Shown one piece after another: positions 18,697 through 29,680 of a stretch of DNA of 32,000 nucleotides (position 1 is its first letter; every line of letters begins with the position of its first letter). The notes beneath the pieces were generated by a model, which was not told the origin of the DNA, ran no database searches, and saw only the letters and a list, made by a program, of their open reading frames with translations. Origin of the DNA: Candidatus Saccharimonadota bacterium. Its GTDB lineage: Bacteria; Pseudomonadota; Gammaproteobacteria; Enterobacterales; Enterobacteriaceae. The stretch is from the NCBI RefSeq assembly GCF_000185985.2, contig NC_014909.2, positions 240,001-272,000 on the forward strand. Reading direction: 5' to 3'. The translations under genes were made by a program, and so were the position numbers.

Positions 18697-20582
18697 TTAT
18701 TGCATTATAATCCAATCCATAATTTTTTTATAGATTCCTGAGCTGTCTAATCCTAATTCGGATAGTATTTCTGTTCGAGATCCTTGCTGAATAAAGAAAT
18801 CAGGTAAACCAATATTCAGAATAGGAATCAATAATTTATTATTGCGCATAAGTATTTCATTAACTCCGCTTCCAGCTCCTCCTGTTATTGCATTTTCTTC
18901 TAGAGTAATTAAAGCTTGATGATTTTTAGCAAGATTTTTTATCAACGTTTCGTCAAGAGGTTTAACAAATCTCATATCTACTAATGTAGCATTTAATTGT
19001 AATGCTACATTGTATGCAGCTTTTAACAAAGCTCCAAAATTAAGAATAGCAATGTGTTGTCCATGATGGCGTATAATTCCTTTATTTAATGGTATTGAGT
19101 ATAATTGTTTGATATTATTATCATTAGGTATATTGTTATTAGTGGTATATTCTTTAGGATACCGTACAATACTAGGCCCTTTTTGATATAGGTATCCTGT
19201 ATTTAACATTAATTTGCATTCATATGCATCACTTGGTGTCATGATAATAGTATTAGGAATGCAACGTAGATACGATAAATCAAAGGCTCCTTGATGAGTT
19301 TGCCCGTCTGCCCCTACGATTCCTCCTCTATCTATAGCAAATAATACTGGTAATTTTTGAATTGCTATATCATGAATAAATTGATCATAAGCTCTTTGTA
19401 AGAACGTTGAATAAATAGCAACTACAGGTTTATATCCTGCAATAGCTAGCCCAGCTGCAAAAGTTACAGCATGTTGTTCAGCAATAGCAACATCAAAGTA
19501 TTGTTTTGGATATTTTTTGGAAAATTTACTCATTCCGGAACCTTCTCTCATAGCTGGTGTAATCCCTATAATTTTATTATCTTGTGTTGCAATTTGACAT
19601 AACCATTCTCCAAATACTTCAGAATAGGTAATATTTTTTTTAATATTATGTTGATTAGTAGGTATAATTCCACTATTTAAATTGAATTTAGGCACAGCAT
19701 GCCATTTGATTGGATCTTTTTCTGCAGGTTTATATCCATACCCTTTTTTAGTAATGATGTGTAAAAATTGAGGTCCTTTTTTAGTATTACGTATGTTTCT
19801 TAAATTATGTATTAATTTGTATACATTGTGTCCATCTATAGGACCAATACAATTAAAACCAAGATTTTTAAATAATTCCATAGCAATAGTGAAATTATTT
19901 TCTTCATGATTGATAAAAATATTTCTGCATAATTTTTTAATATTGGATGTGATATTTAAATATTTTTTTTTTTAGTTTTACAGGAAGAAGTATGTAATGC
20001 TCCTACATTTTCTGAAATAGACATATCATTGTCATTTAGAATAATTAGCAAATTAGTCGATTTAACTGTTCCAGCATGATTTATTGCTTCAAAAGCCATA
20101 CCAGCAGTTAATGCTCCATCGCCTATTATACATACTGTATGTCGATTTAACATTTCTCGTTCTGCAGCAATAGCTAATCCTAACCCTGCACTAATTGAAG
20201 TAGAAGAATGCCCCACTGATAATACATCATATTTACTTTCATCTCTGCAAGGAAATGGATGCAGTCCATTACGTTGTCGGATACTGTAGATACGTTTCTT
20301 TCGACCTGTTAGTATTTTATGGGGATAGGATTGGTGTCCTACGTCCCAAATAAGATAATCAAAAGGAGTGTTATATACATAATGTAATGCTACTGTGAGC
20401 TCAACGACTCCTAGTCCAGATGCAAAATGTCCACTAGATTTACTTACACTATTTAATAGAAATTGTCTTAATTCATTACATAATTTGTTTAATTTATTTT
20501 CAGGTAATTGACGTAATTCTTCAGGAGTATTAATAAATTCTAGTATAGAGTATATGTTAGAATCATCATTTATCATATGCAT
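18697..20582 (-). pseudogene. dxs: 1-deoxy-D-xylulose-5-phosphate synthase. The reading frame is broken once, inside an A11 tract (fragments 19956..20582 and 18697..19881). It is otherwise intact and may be expressed via slippage.
   Basis: The N-terminal fragment carries [20 protein letters not shown] and the TPP motif [14 protein letters not shown]. The C-terminal fragment carries [19 protein letters not shown] and [20 protein letters not shown]. Together they are colinear with E. coli Dxs (620 aa). Confidence 0.92.
19963..19973 (-). other. poly(A)11 tract on the dxs coding strand (T11 on + strand); site of the frameshift
   Basis: Counted directly: ...tgt aaa act AAAAAAAAAAA t att taa. The downstream frame opens within the tract. 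Confidence 0.95.
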
Positions 20583-21255
20583 ATGTTTTGTAGTTGAAGT
20601 GTGGTATAAATTATTTAGTTTTTTGCTATTGTAAAATATATTCTATAAATTTGAATAGAACATTGCTATTATATTTAAATTTATTGGTACATTCTAATTT
20701 GTAATAAAGTTTGTTTTATATATGATTTACATCATAAATTAATTTGATTTTAATTATAGTAATAATTGTGTACATTACATAATGTTTTTTTACTTTTAAA
20801 ATTCAATTTATAGCTTGTGTAAGAATACTAATAATAATTTCGTATAGATTATGTTGAATATAATTTATAAAAGAATAGATTTTATTTTAATTAATAATAA
20901 CATTAGAGATAAGTTATTAACAGAATATTATTTCAAATAATTAAAATAAGGCAATGTTTAAATTTTATTTATGTGTTACATATATTTTCGTGCTTGGATG
21001 ATATATAGACATATTTAATTTGTTTTTAAATTACATTATTATAATTAATTGATTTTTAAAATAAAAAGAGATGTATCTTAATTTATCATGATAATTTTAT
21101 TATTTTTTTATTTTAATTTATTTTTTTTAGAAGAAATTTTTAGGGTATTAACAATCTGCATGATACATTAACGCTTTGTGATTAATAATATTTTTATTCA
21201 CAAAATTAAGAAATGTATTTAAATAAATTTTAGGTAAGCGTTATTAAAAAGATTT

Positions 21256-22755
21256 ATGAAAATTATTATTAAATTTTCGCCTGAAATCATTATAAAAAGT
21301 CGTTCTGTACGAGTTTTTTTTATAAATGTTCTTGTAAAAAATATAAAAAAAGTTTTAAAACAATATAATACATTGGCTTTATTGAGAGTGCATTGGGATA
21401 ATATTGAAATACAATCTGAATGTGGAAGTTATTTAGAAATTTCTAAAATATTAGTCAATGTTCCTGGAATTCATTCCGTGTTATGGGTTCACGATAGTAT
21501 TATTAACTCTTTAGAAGATATTTATAATCAGGTTATACGTACAAAATATTATACTCAATTGTTAGGAAAAACTTTTTGTGTTCGGGTAAAGCGTCGAGGT
21601 AATCATATTGTTACTTCTCAAGACGTTGAACGTTATATAGGAAGTAGATTACATGAAAGTATCAACGATACTTCTGTTAATTTAGTTAACCCTGAGGTAA
21701 CTATATATTTAAATATTCGGGATAGTTTTTTATTTATAGTTCTTGAACGTTTTAAGGGATTAGGAGGATTTCCTGTTGGAACTCAACAAGAGTCTTTATC
21801 TTTAATTTCTGGAGGATTTGATTCTACTGTTGCTAGTTATATGTTAATTCGTCGAGGGTGTAAAGTACATTATTGTTTTTTTAATTTAATTGGTAATATT
21901 ACGCACACTATTGAAGTTTATAAAATAATATCTTATTTATGGAATAAATTCAGTGGGTCACATAAGGTGAAATTAATTTCTGTTGATTTTTCAATAGTAG
22001 TAAAAGAATTATTTATGAAAATAAAAAACAATTATATAGGAATTATACTAAAACGTATGATGATTAGAGCTGCGTCTACTTTAGCGTCTCATTACAAAAT
22101 TAAATCATTGGTTACAGGAGAATCATTAGGTCAGGTTTCTAGCCAAACGTTAGACAACTTAATTTTAATTAATAATGTTGTATCTTCTTCTGATTGCATA
22201 GTATTCAGACCTTTAATCGTTCATGATAAAGAATCAATTATTAAATTAGCTCGTCAAATTGGCACAGAAGAACTGTCTAGAACTATTCCAGAATATTGTG
22301 GTTTAATTTCAAAAAGGTCTTGTGCGAAAGCAAAAAAAAAGGCTATTGAATTAGAAGAAGGTAATTTTAATTTTTCAATATTAGATAAAGCTATATCTCA
22401 AGCTCATATAATAAATGTAAATAATATTCTTCAATATATAGAAGATATTCGTGCTATCAAAATAGAAACTCAAACAGAGTTAAACTCCCAAGATATAATA
22501 GTAGATATTCGATCAGAATATGAACAACAGAGGAATCCTATTAATATTCCACTTGATATTAAAATAAAAAAGATACCTTTTTATAAATTAAAGGATCAAT
22601 TTCCAAAGCTTGATCAAAATAAGATATATCTATTGTATTGTGATCAAGGCATAATGAGTCGTCTACAAGCAATTCATTTATTGCAACAAGGTTTTCATAA
22701 TGTAAAAGTATATCGTAGTAATTTGTTGCTTGTTAATACAAAAATTAATAGGTGA
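21256..22755 (+). CDS. thiI: tRNA 4-thiouridine(8) synthase / thiazole sulfur carrier ThiI, with C-terminal rhodanese domain
   Basis: 499-aa ORF. MKIIIKFSPEIIIKSRSVR aligns with E. coli MKFIIKLFPEITIKSQSVR. It has the PP-loop SGGFDS. The rhodanese active-site Cys is kept (LLYCDQGIMSRLQA). Confidence 0.94.
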   Translation: MKIIIKFSPEIIIKSRSVRVFFINVLVKNIKKVLKQYNTLALLRVHWDNIEIQSECGSYLEISKILVNVPGIHSVLWVHDSIINSLEDIYNQVIRTKYYTQLLGKTFCVRVKRRGNHIVTSQDVERYIGSRLHESINDTSVNLVNPEVTIYLNIRDSFLFIVLERFKGLGGFPVGTQQESLSLISGGFDSTVASYMLIRRGCKVHYCFFNLIGNITHTIEVYKIISYLWNKFSGSHKVKLISVDFSIVVKELFMKIKNNYIGIILKRMMIRAASTLASHYKIKSLVTGESLGQVSSQTLDNLILINNVVSSSDCIVFRPLIVHDKESIIKLARQIGTEELSRTIPEYCGLISKRSCAKAKKKAIELEEGNFNFSILDKAISQAHIINVNNILQYIEDIRAIKIETQTELNSQDIIVDIRSEYEQQRNPINIPLDIKIKKIPFYKLKDQFPKLDQNKIYLLYCDQGIMSRLQAIHLLQQGFHNVKVYRSNLLLVNTKINR

Positions 22756-22916
22756 AATTATTGGGTATGAGTTATATATTATGTATGAAGCATGTATTGT
22801 TGTGTAGGAATAATGTTGATGTATACATAAATATACGAAACATACACATAAAATGCTCAAAAAATTGGTTTATATTCAAAACATACGTATAATGTGATTA
22901 TAGGTGTAAATAAAAT

Positions 22917-24104
22917 TTATAATTTATAATGTATAATGATATTAAGTAAGGTGATAATAAATGTTGTAAACAGTATTGATTGTATTCCGTATACTTCTAA
23001 CAATAGACCACCTGTAACTCCTCCTAATCCTACTCCTAAAAATTGTCCGATAGAATAAATACTGATAGAAGTTCCTTGGTATTTAGAAGGTGATTTTTTA
23101 CTAATTAAATCAGGTAAAATTGATTCTATCAAATTAAATGCTATAAAGAACAGTAGTATACCAACTAATAATAACCATAAGCTTTTTATAGCAATGAGCA
23201 TTATGAATTCAGATAAAGCTAGAATATGTATAGATATAGTTAATATTTTGCTTTTATTTATTCTTGTATGCATGTAAAAAAGATATGGCAATAAAATTAG
23301 TATAGAAATTAATATGATAATAGCATACGTTCTATGATATGTATTAGGTATACATCCTAATGCAGTCATGATTTTTGGCCAAATAACAAAATTTAATATT
23401 AGAACGGTATGTAAGGAAAAAATATGAAAATTTAATTTTAATAATTCTGAGTTAGTAAGAATAATTTTAATATTATTTAATATATCTCTTAAATTTATAT
23501 TATGATCTAAATTATTAGATGATGAATCTTTTTTGGGTATTAAACAAAAAGCCAATATTATAGTAAATCCTGTAATTAGAGTGATAATTTGAAATAATCC
23601 ATGTAATCCGATAGTGTTTGCAATACAAGGTCCAATAATTATGGAACCTGTAAAGGTTATACCAAAACTTATTCCTAGGATAGCCATAGCTTGAGTTCTA
23701 TTATGTTCTTGTATTGATTCTAATAATAAAGTTATAATAACACTTCCTATTGCTCCAATACCTTGTAATGCTCTACCAATAATGAGCCCCCAAATCTCAT
23801 TTGTTATTGCTGCTATTTCACTGCCTACAGCAGCTATTATCAGTCCAATGATAATCATAGGTTTTCTTCCAATTTGATCGGACATTAAACCAAAGGGTAA
23901 TTGAAAAATTATTTGCATAATCCCGTATATTCCTATTGAGATTCCTACTAAATATTCATAGGATCCGTTTAAGGATATTGCGTAAATAGGTAATATTGGT
24001 AATACCATAAATATTCCTGACATACGTAATGCAAATATCATACTTAATATACACGTTAAGCGTAATTCAGTACTAGTTATTTGGATGTTATGTAACATAA
24101 ACAT
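22917..24104 (-). CDS. yajR: MFS transporter YajR (12-TM core only; C-terminal cytosolic domain absent)
   Basis: 395-aa ORF. LRMSGIFMVLPIL, motif A GLMSDQIGRKPMII, GRALQGIGAIG, LLKLNF and FNL.E..LP.LISK.SP..Y.GT are colinear with E. coli YajR (454 aa). It lies next to cyoE, as in E. coli. Confidence 0.9.
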   Translation of the reverse strand: MFMLHNIQITSTELRLTCILSMIFALRMSGIFMVLPILPIYAISLNGSYEYLVGISIGIYGIMQIIFQLPFGLMSDQIGRKPMIIIGLIIAAVGSEIAAITNEIWGLIIGRALQGIGAIGSVIITLLLESIQEHNRTQAMAILGISFGITFTGSIIIGPCIANTIGLHGLFQIITLITGFTIILAFCLIPKKDSSSNNLDHNINLRDILNNIKIILTNSELLKLNFHIFSLHTVLILNFVIWPKIMTALGCIPNTYHRTYAIIILISILILLPYLFYMHTRINKSKILTISIHILALSEFIMLIAIKSLWLLLVGILLFFIAFNLIESILPDLISKKSPSKYQGTSISIYSIGQFLGVGLGGVTGGLLLEVYGIQSILFTTFIITLLNIIIHYKL

Positions 24105-24278
24105 TATGTTAGCTTAATTAAGCTATAATTGATATTTTTATGTTATTAAAAATCATATTTTTAAGTAATTAAAATTAAGAATATATTTTTTGTTATTATT
24201 ATGTAATCCAATTCTTATTAATTTTTTATAATTAAGATAAAATGCATTATTTTTAATCACGAAGTTAAATTATACTAT

Positions 24279-25163
24279 TTACCATATGCTACGACAAATT
24301 TTTACATCTAATGATAACATAAGATTTAGAAGTATTATGATAATAATTGATAGAATAAACATTTTCTTTGCCCATACAGAATCATTATTAATATATTTAT
24401 ATTTATACCATCCTGTGTATAACCAAAATAAATTAAAAATGCTAATTATACATAAAAATATATAACTAGTGTAACCTTTCACAGTTAATAATATTGTAGA
24501 TAAACAAAATCCTAGAATACCTGTAAGAATATGTATTCTAGTTATATGCATCCCTTTTTTTATAAAAAAGGTTGGAATTAAAGCATTTTTATAGTCGATA
24601 TGTCTGAAAATAGTTATCGAATAAGAATGTGGAATTTGCCAGAAACTAAAAATCATTAACAATATTAAAGCTCCGCAATCAAATGTATTGGTTACGGTAC
24701 AATATCCAATTACTGGAGGCATTGCTCCAGATAGACTGCCTGCGATCATACCATAACTTGATTTGCGTTTCATGTATAAACTATATAAAACTACATAAAT
24801 AATAAATCCTATTGCCGATAAAAAAATAGTATAGAAATTTTTTATATTATAAAGTAATAAAAATCCTGAAATGTTTAGTATTAATGCATAAAATATACTA
24901 TTTTTTATTGAAAGTATTTTTTTTTGTTGAGCTAATATTCGAGTATTTGTTCTCATCATAATCGCATCAATGTCTCGATCAATAATATTATTTAGAACAC
25001 AACTAGAAGCGATTACCAAAGCTAATCCAATAATCATATTGATTAATATCATGTAGTTGATATGTTGTTCTTGGGATGCCATTAAAAATCCTCCTATAGA
25101 GGACATTATATTTCCTATCACAATACCTGGTTTTATTAAAGAAAAATAATATTGAATAATCAT
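24279..25163 (-). CDS. cyoE: protoheme IX farnesyltransferase (heme O synthase)
   Basis: 294-aa ORF. KPGI..GN, NN.IDRDID, YSLYMKR.S.YG...GSLSGA.PPVIGYC and WQ.PHSY match E. coli CyoE. Confidence 0.95.
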   Translation of the reverse strand: MIIQYYFSLIKPGIVIGNIMSSIGGFLMASQEQHINYMILINMIIGLALVIASSCVLNNIIDRDIDAIMMRTNTRILAQQKKILSIKNSIFYALILNISGFLLLYNIKNFYTIFLSAIGFIIYVVLYSLYMKRKSSYGMIAGSLSGAMPPVIGYCTVTNTFDCGALILLMIFSFWQIPHSYSITIFRHIDYKNALIPTFFIKKGMHITRIHILTGILGFCLSTILLTVKGYTSYIFLCIISIFNLFWLYTGWYKYKYINNDSVWAKKMFILSIIIIILLNLMLSLDVKICRSIW

Positions 25164-25199
25164 ATTGTTTAATATATGAAGTATATTATCTGCATTATT

Positions 25200-25502
25200 T
25201 TACATCATTAAGTTATGATGTAAATGAGTCATTATCCATACGCTACCTAATACAAGAATAAATACAATAAATATTGTAAATATTAAAGATGTAATAATCC
25301 ATTTTCGATCAGATATGTGTATCAAGTGCAAAAAGTAAACTAGATGAATATAAATTTGAATTAATGCGCAAGATATAGTTATAATTAGGAGTATTTTTTT
25401 ATCAAAAATATTATATTGAATAGTATAGAAAGGAATTATTGTTAAAATCAAAGATAATACAAACCCAATGAAATATGAGGTATTTGAATTATTATTATTC
25501 AT
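25200..25502 (-). CDS. cyoD: cytochrome bo3 ubiquinol oxidase subunit IV
   Basis: 100-aa three-TM ORF in the cyoC-cyoD-cyoE position. GF.LS.ILT.IPF and GS.WIM..L match CyoD. Confidence 0.9.
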   Translation of the reverse strand: MNNNNSNTSYFIGFVLSLILTIIPFYTIQYNIFDKKILLIITISCALIQIYIHLVYFLHLIHISDRKWIITSLIFTIFIVFILVLGSVWIMTHLHHNLMM

Positions 25503-25506
25503 ATAA

Positions 25507-26103
25507 TTATAAAATTCCTATCAGATATACTATAGTGAATACACATATCCATACAATATCTAGAAAATGCCAGAACAAACTTAGACATTGTAATCGAATT
25601 AGATTAGTTTGTGTCAGTCCATTTAAGGTTAGTTGTATAATCATAATAATAATCCAAATTAAACCTACTATCACATGAATTCCATGTGTACCTATTAATA
25701 TAAAAAATGATGAAAAGAATGCATTGTAACATGGGGTATATCCATGATGAATTAGATGGAAAAATTCATAGATTTCTAGTATAATAAAACATAACCCTAA
25801 TAATTCGGTTATGCAAATCCATTGCATAAATTTTTGCGCCCAAGTTTTATTTATATAAAACATACTTTTACAGCAAGCAAGACTACTTAATAACAAAAGT
25901 ACTGTTTCTGAAAAAATAAAATTTAAATTGAAAATACTGTTATTATGATCGTCAAACACCGTTATATTTAAATGCTTACTTAATACTATATGCATAGCAA
26001 ACAAACTAGCAAATAGAATACAATCACTCATTATATACAACCAAAAACCAAATATTACTCTTTTATTTATATCAAACTGAAGAGTTGTGTTTATTGTGTG
26101 CAT
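25507..26103 (-). CDS. cyoC: cytochrome bo3 ubiquinol oxidase subunit III
   Basis: IFGFW.Y.MSDCILF, EIYEF.HLI, GTHG.HV..GLIW and [21 protein letters not shown] match E. coli CyoC. The ATG at 26103 is preferred to the TTG at 26109. Either start overlaps the cyoB 3' end (stop at 26072-26074). Confidence 0.93.
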   Translation of the reverse strand: MHTINTTLQFDINKRVIFGFWLYIMSDCILFASLFAMHIVLSKHLNITVFDDHNNSIFNLNFIFSETVLLLLSSLACCKSMFYINKTWAQKFMQWICITELLGLCFIILEIYEFFHLIHHGYTPCYNAFFSSFFILIGTHGIHVIVGLIWIIIMIIQLTLNGLTQTNLIRLQCLSLFWHFLDIVWICVFTIVYLIGIL

Positions 26104-28057
26104 GTTCAATTTCTTTAATTATATTTGAAGGGACATAATACTCAGTATTATTATTAAATGTATGCGCTATCCATATTCCTATTATTCCAAATAAACTTAA
26201 TATCGATAACCACCATATGTACCAAATCATGCTAAATCCAAATAGCAGACTAAAAAAAGCGATTAAGATTCCATCATGTGTATTTTTAGGCATATGTATA
26301 GGTTCGTATGTTTTATTTTTACAAAGTGTAACATTTTTTCGATTTTCTATATACCAGAATACATTGCGATTATTATTAATAATTGGAATATGTGCAAAGT
26401 TATAAAAAGGAGGGGGAGAAGAGGTAGCCCATTCTAATGTAGATCCGTTCCAAGGGTCTGAGTTGTCATGATAATTATTATATTTGTCTCGATTAAATAC
26501 GCTAATTATTATTTGAATACATTGACATAGGATTCCTAATCCAATTAGGAATGTCCCTATTGCTGCTGTTATTAACATGGGGGAAAATATAGTATCAATA
26601 TTTTGACTTAAACGTCTAGTCATACCCATAAATCCTAAAATATATAAAGGCATAAATGCTATATAAAAACCAATTATCCAGAGCCAAAAGGCACATTTGC
26701 CCCAATTTTCGTGTAAAGTATACCCAAAAGCTTTTGGGAACCAATACGACATCCCAGCAAAGCAACCAAATAATACTCCTCCAATAATAACATTATGAAA
26801 ATGAGCAACTAAAAATAGACTGTTATGCAGTAAAAAGTCAATTCCAGGTATTGCTAGCAACACTCCTGTCATACCTCCTATTGAAAAAGTAATAATAAAT
26901 CCTATTGCCCACAACATCGGGGTTTTAAAAATTATTTTTCCTTGATACATGGTGAATAACCAATTAAATACCTTTACTCCCGTAGGGATTGCAATAATCA
27001 TAGTCATAATTCCAAAAAAAGCATTTACATTGGATCCGGCTCCCATGGTAAAAAAATGATGTAACCATACACAAAAAGATAAAGCAGTAATAGCAATGGT
27101 AGCCCATATTAAAGTTGTGTATCCAAATATTTTTTTTTGAGAGAAAGTAGAAACAATTTCCGAAAATATTCCAAATGCAGGTAGTGCTAAAATATAAACT
27201 TCAGGATGTCCCCATGCCCAAAATAAATTGATATACATCATCATATTACCACCGAGATCATTAGTAAAAAAATGAGTTCCTAAATAACGATCAAAAGTTA
27301 GTAATGCAATTGTTACAGTAAGAATAGGAAACGCTACAATAATTAATGCATTTGTACATAATGCTGTCCAAGTAAATACTGGAATTTTCATCATGGACAT
27401 ACCTGGGGCTCTCATATATAAAATAGTAGTAAAAAAATTTATGCCAGTTAAAGTAGTACCAATTCCAGAGATTTGAATGCTCCATATCCAATAATCTACT
27501 CCAACATCAGGACTATATTCTTTACTTGATAATGGTGGATAAGCTGCCCATCCAGTTTGGGCAAATTCCCCTATTCCTAAAGATAAATTAATTAATATAA
27601 CTCCAACCATAAATAACCAAAAACTTAAAGAATTAAGAAATGGAAAAGCTACATCCCTAGCTCCAATTTGTAGCGGAACTATTATATTCATTAAGCCTAT
27701 TACAAATGGAGTTGCCATAAATATAATCATGATTACCCCGTGAGCTGTAACTACTTGATCATAATGATGTACAGAAAGAAACTCAGATAGTCCAAGAGAT
27801 GAGAGTGCTTGTTGAGTGCGCATCATAATTGCATCAGCAAAACCCCGTAAGAACATGATACATGATACCATGACATACATTATACCAATTTTTTTATGAT
27901 CCACAGAGGTAAGCCATTCATTCCATAAATACGTCCATTTTTTATAGTAAGTAACAGTACCTATCACCAAAGTGCTAAAAATAAAAACTACAGCTATTGT
28001 TGACATAATAATTGGATCATGATATGGAATGGAATGTATCGTTAACTTTCCGAGCAT
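26072..28057 (-). CDS. cyoB: cytochrome bo3 ubiquinol oxidase subunit I
   Basis: 661-aa ORF, near-colinear with E. coli CyoB (663 aa). Shared blocks include [38 protein letters not shown] and [16 protein letters not shown]. Confidence 0.98.
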   Translation of the reverse strand: MLGKLTIHSIPYHDPIIMSTIAVVFIFSTLVIGTVTYYKKWTYLWNEWLTSVDHKKIGIMYVMVSCIMFLRGFADAIMMRTQQALSSLGLSEFLSVHHYDQVVTAHGVIMIIFMATPFVIGLMNIIVPLQIGARDVAFPFLNSLSFWLFMVGVILINLSLGIGEFAQTGWAAYPPLSSKEYSPDVGVDYWIWSIQISGIGTTLTGINFFTTILYMRAPGMSMMKIPVFTWTALCTNALIIVAFPILTVTIALLTFDRYLGTHFFTNDLGGNMMMYINLFWAWGHPEVYILALPAFGIFSEIVSTFSQKKIFGYTTLIWATIAITALSFCVWLHHFFTMGAGSNVNAFFGIMTMIIAIPTGVKVFNWLFTMYQGKIIFKTPMLWAIGFIITFSIGGMTGVLLAIPGIDFLLHNSLFLVAHFHNVIIGGVLFGCFAGMSYWFPKAFGYTLHENWGKCAFWLWIIGFYIAFMPLYILGFMGMTRRLSQNIDTIFSPMLITAAIGTFLIGLGILCQCIQIIISVFNRDKYNNYHDNSDPWNGSTLEWATSSPPPFYNFAHIPIINNNRNVFWYIENRKNVTLCKNKTYEPIHMPKNTHDGILIAFFSLLFGFSMIWYIWWLSILSLFGIIGIWIAHTFNNNTEYYVPSNIIKEIEHAHNKHNSSV

Positions 28058-28143
28058 TATATATACCTTTTTTATTTAGAAGAATTTTAATTACTTACAG
28101 TTGTCAGTCAGTGTATAGAATTTAAAAGTTATATTTTTTATTG

Positions 28144-29016
28144 TTAATGTTTAAATTTATTGATAACACTATCAAATAAATTAGGTTGTATATTAGAAAA
28201 ATAAGTAATGGAATCAAACATACTAGGTTTTGCTAATTTTTCATAAGCATTCATGTTATTAAGATGATGTATGGATCTTTGAGCTTTCTGTACCCATTGG
28301 GTAAATTCTTTTTTGTTGTTTGTAGCAATTACTATAAATTTCATTCCTGAGAATCCTTGTCCGCTAAAATTTGAAGAAATTCCTTTATATTTGCCAGGTT
28401 TATTAGCAATTAAATTTAGTTGTGTTTGCATACCAGCCATAGCATAAATTTGACTACCTAGTTGAGGAATAAAAAAAGAGTTCATTACTGAATTAGAAGT
28501 AATATTAAAACGTATTGGAACATTTGCTGGGAAAACAAGTTCATTAATAATTGCTATGTTATGTTGAGGATAAATGAAAAGCCATTTCCAATTTAATGCA
28601 ATAACATTTACAATAATAGGATCAACTATTTTTGAATCCAAATAAATAGGATTTTTTGGATCTAATTTGTGTGTTGAATGCCATGTTAATATACTTAATA
28701 TAATAATTATTATTATTGGAATAATCCATGTGGCGTATTCTATTTTTTTAGACTCAATCCAATTGGGATTGTATTTAGTATGGGTATTATTTGTTGCACG
28801 GTATTTTATGGTAAACAATAGAGTCATTATGATTACAGGAATTACTATGATAAGCATCATACCAAAAGCAATGATTATTAAAGAACGTTCTTCTAGCCCT
28901 ATGGAACCTTTAGGGTGCATTAGCACTAAATGATCACATCCATTTAATAGGATTATTGAACTATATATAAAAAAAAAGGTACATTTTTTTATATATTTAT
29001 TTGTAAGAATGTTCAT
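28144..29016 (-). CDS. cyoA: cytochrome bo3 ubiquinol oxidase subunit II (lipoprotein; short C-terminus)
   Basis: 290-aa ORF with lipobox LLNGC. KYRA.N, SNSVMNSFFIP.LGSQIYAMAGMQT.L.LIAN.PG.Y.G and GFSGMKF match E. coli CyoA (315 aa). The His-rich C-terminal tail is missing. Confidence 0.95.
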   Translation of the reverse strand: MNILTNKYIKKCTFFFIYSSIILLNGCDHLVLMHPKGSIGLEERSLIIIAFGMMLIIVIPVIIMTLLFTIKYRATNNTHTKYNPNWIESKKIEYATWIIPIIIIIILSILTWHSTHKLDPKNPIYLDSKIVDPIIVNVIALNWKWLFIYPQHNIAIINELVFPANVPIRFNITSNSVMNSFFIPQLGSQIYAMAGMQTQLNLIANKPGKYKGISSNFSGQGFSGMKFIVIATNNKKEFTQWVQKAQRSIHHLNNMNAYEKLAKPSMFDSITYFSNIQPNLFDSVINKFKH

Positions 29017-29420
29017 ATCTTAACAATTGTTTAAAATCTCATGTGTTCATTTTACTTTAAAAATTTAATACTGTAAATAAGTAACTATATTTTGTATAGA
29101 ACTAAAATATATATATTTTTTTTATTGAAAAATTGAAATTACATGTAGTTTTTACTATATATAGTTTTTTTCAATGGTAAGTTACTATTTTATATATTAA
29201 ATGATTATATATGAAGATATAAGTTGATTTTAATCATATTAAAATAGGTTTATTTTGAAAATATTTAAGTTTATAAATTTTAATATAAAAATTGGTATAA
29301 TATTTATTTGAAAAAGATTTGTATATATTCGTATTATAACAGGTTTATTTTATTGACAATAATTTTATGTAATCAACTGTTTATTTATTTTGATATAAAA
29401 ATTTATATTTTATGTGCTTT

Positions 29421-29471
29421 ATGATAAGAGAAGTAAATGATAAAGATATTGGTGTTTTTAAAAAATTATAG
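29421..29471 (+). pseudogene. bolA: possible 5' relic of bolA (16-codon ORF MIREVNDKDIGVFKKL*)
   Basis: It starts MIRE, like E. coli BolA (MMIRERIEEKL...). It lies on the expected strand and in the expected order (bolA-tig-clpP) inside a 1.09-kb spacer. The match is very short. Confidence 0.3.
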
Positions 29472-29680
29472 AATTTGTATAAATATAATATTTTTAGCTC
29501 ATGTGTTATTATTGATAATAATAAAATTAAATTCGAATTTTTATTAGATGTATATGAGTAATTAATACGCTAGTATTTTATAATATGATTGTGAAAGTAA
29601 ATTTAGTAAGTTTGTGGAAAGAAAATATTAAAAATTTATTTTTAATAATACATCACAATATTTATTGATAATTAAGAAAT

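Noticed and set aside
20994-21008. cttggatgatatatag reads L-D-D-I on the + strand, reminiscent of the IspA DDxxD motif.
   Set aside because: It is on the wrong strand for ispA (which should be on the minus strand with dxs), is followed at once by a stop, and has no flanking similarity.
21177-21202. TGTGA-N16-TCACA inverted repeat about 55 nt upstream of thiI, superficially like a CRP site.
   Set aside because: CRP sites have a 6-bp spacer, not 16. The 6-bp arms with an AT-only spacer are easily produced by chance, and reduced endosymbionts usually lack crp.
22678-22860. 60-aa ORF (-) overlapping the thiI 3' end and the thiI-yajR spacer.
   Set aside because: It overlaps the conserved rhodanese-domain end of thiI on the other strand and has no recognisable similarity. 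It is likely spurious.
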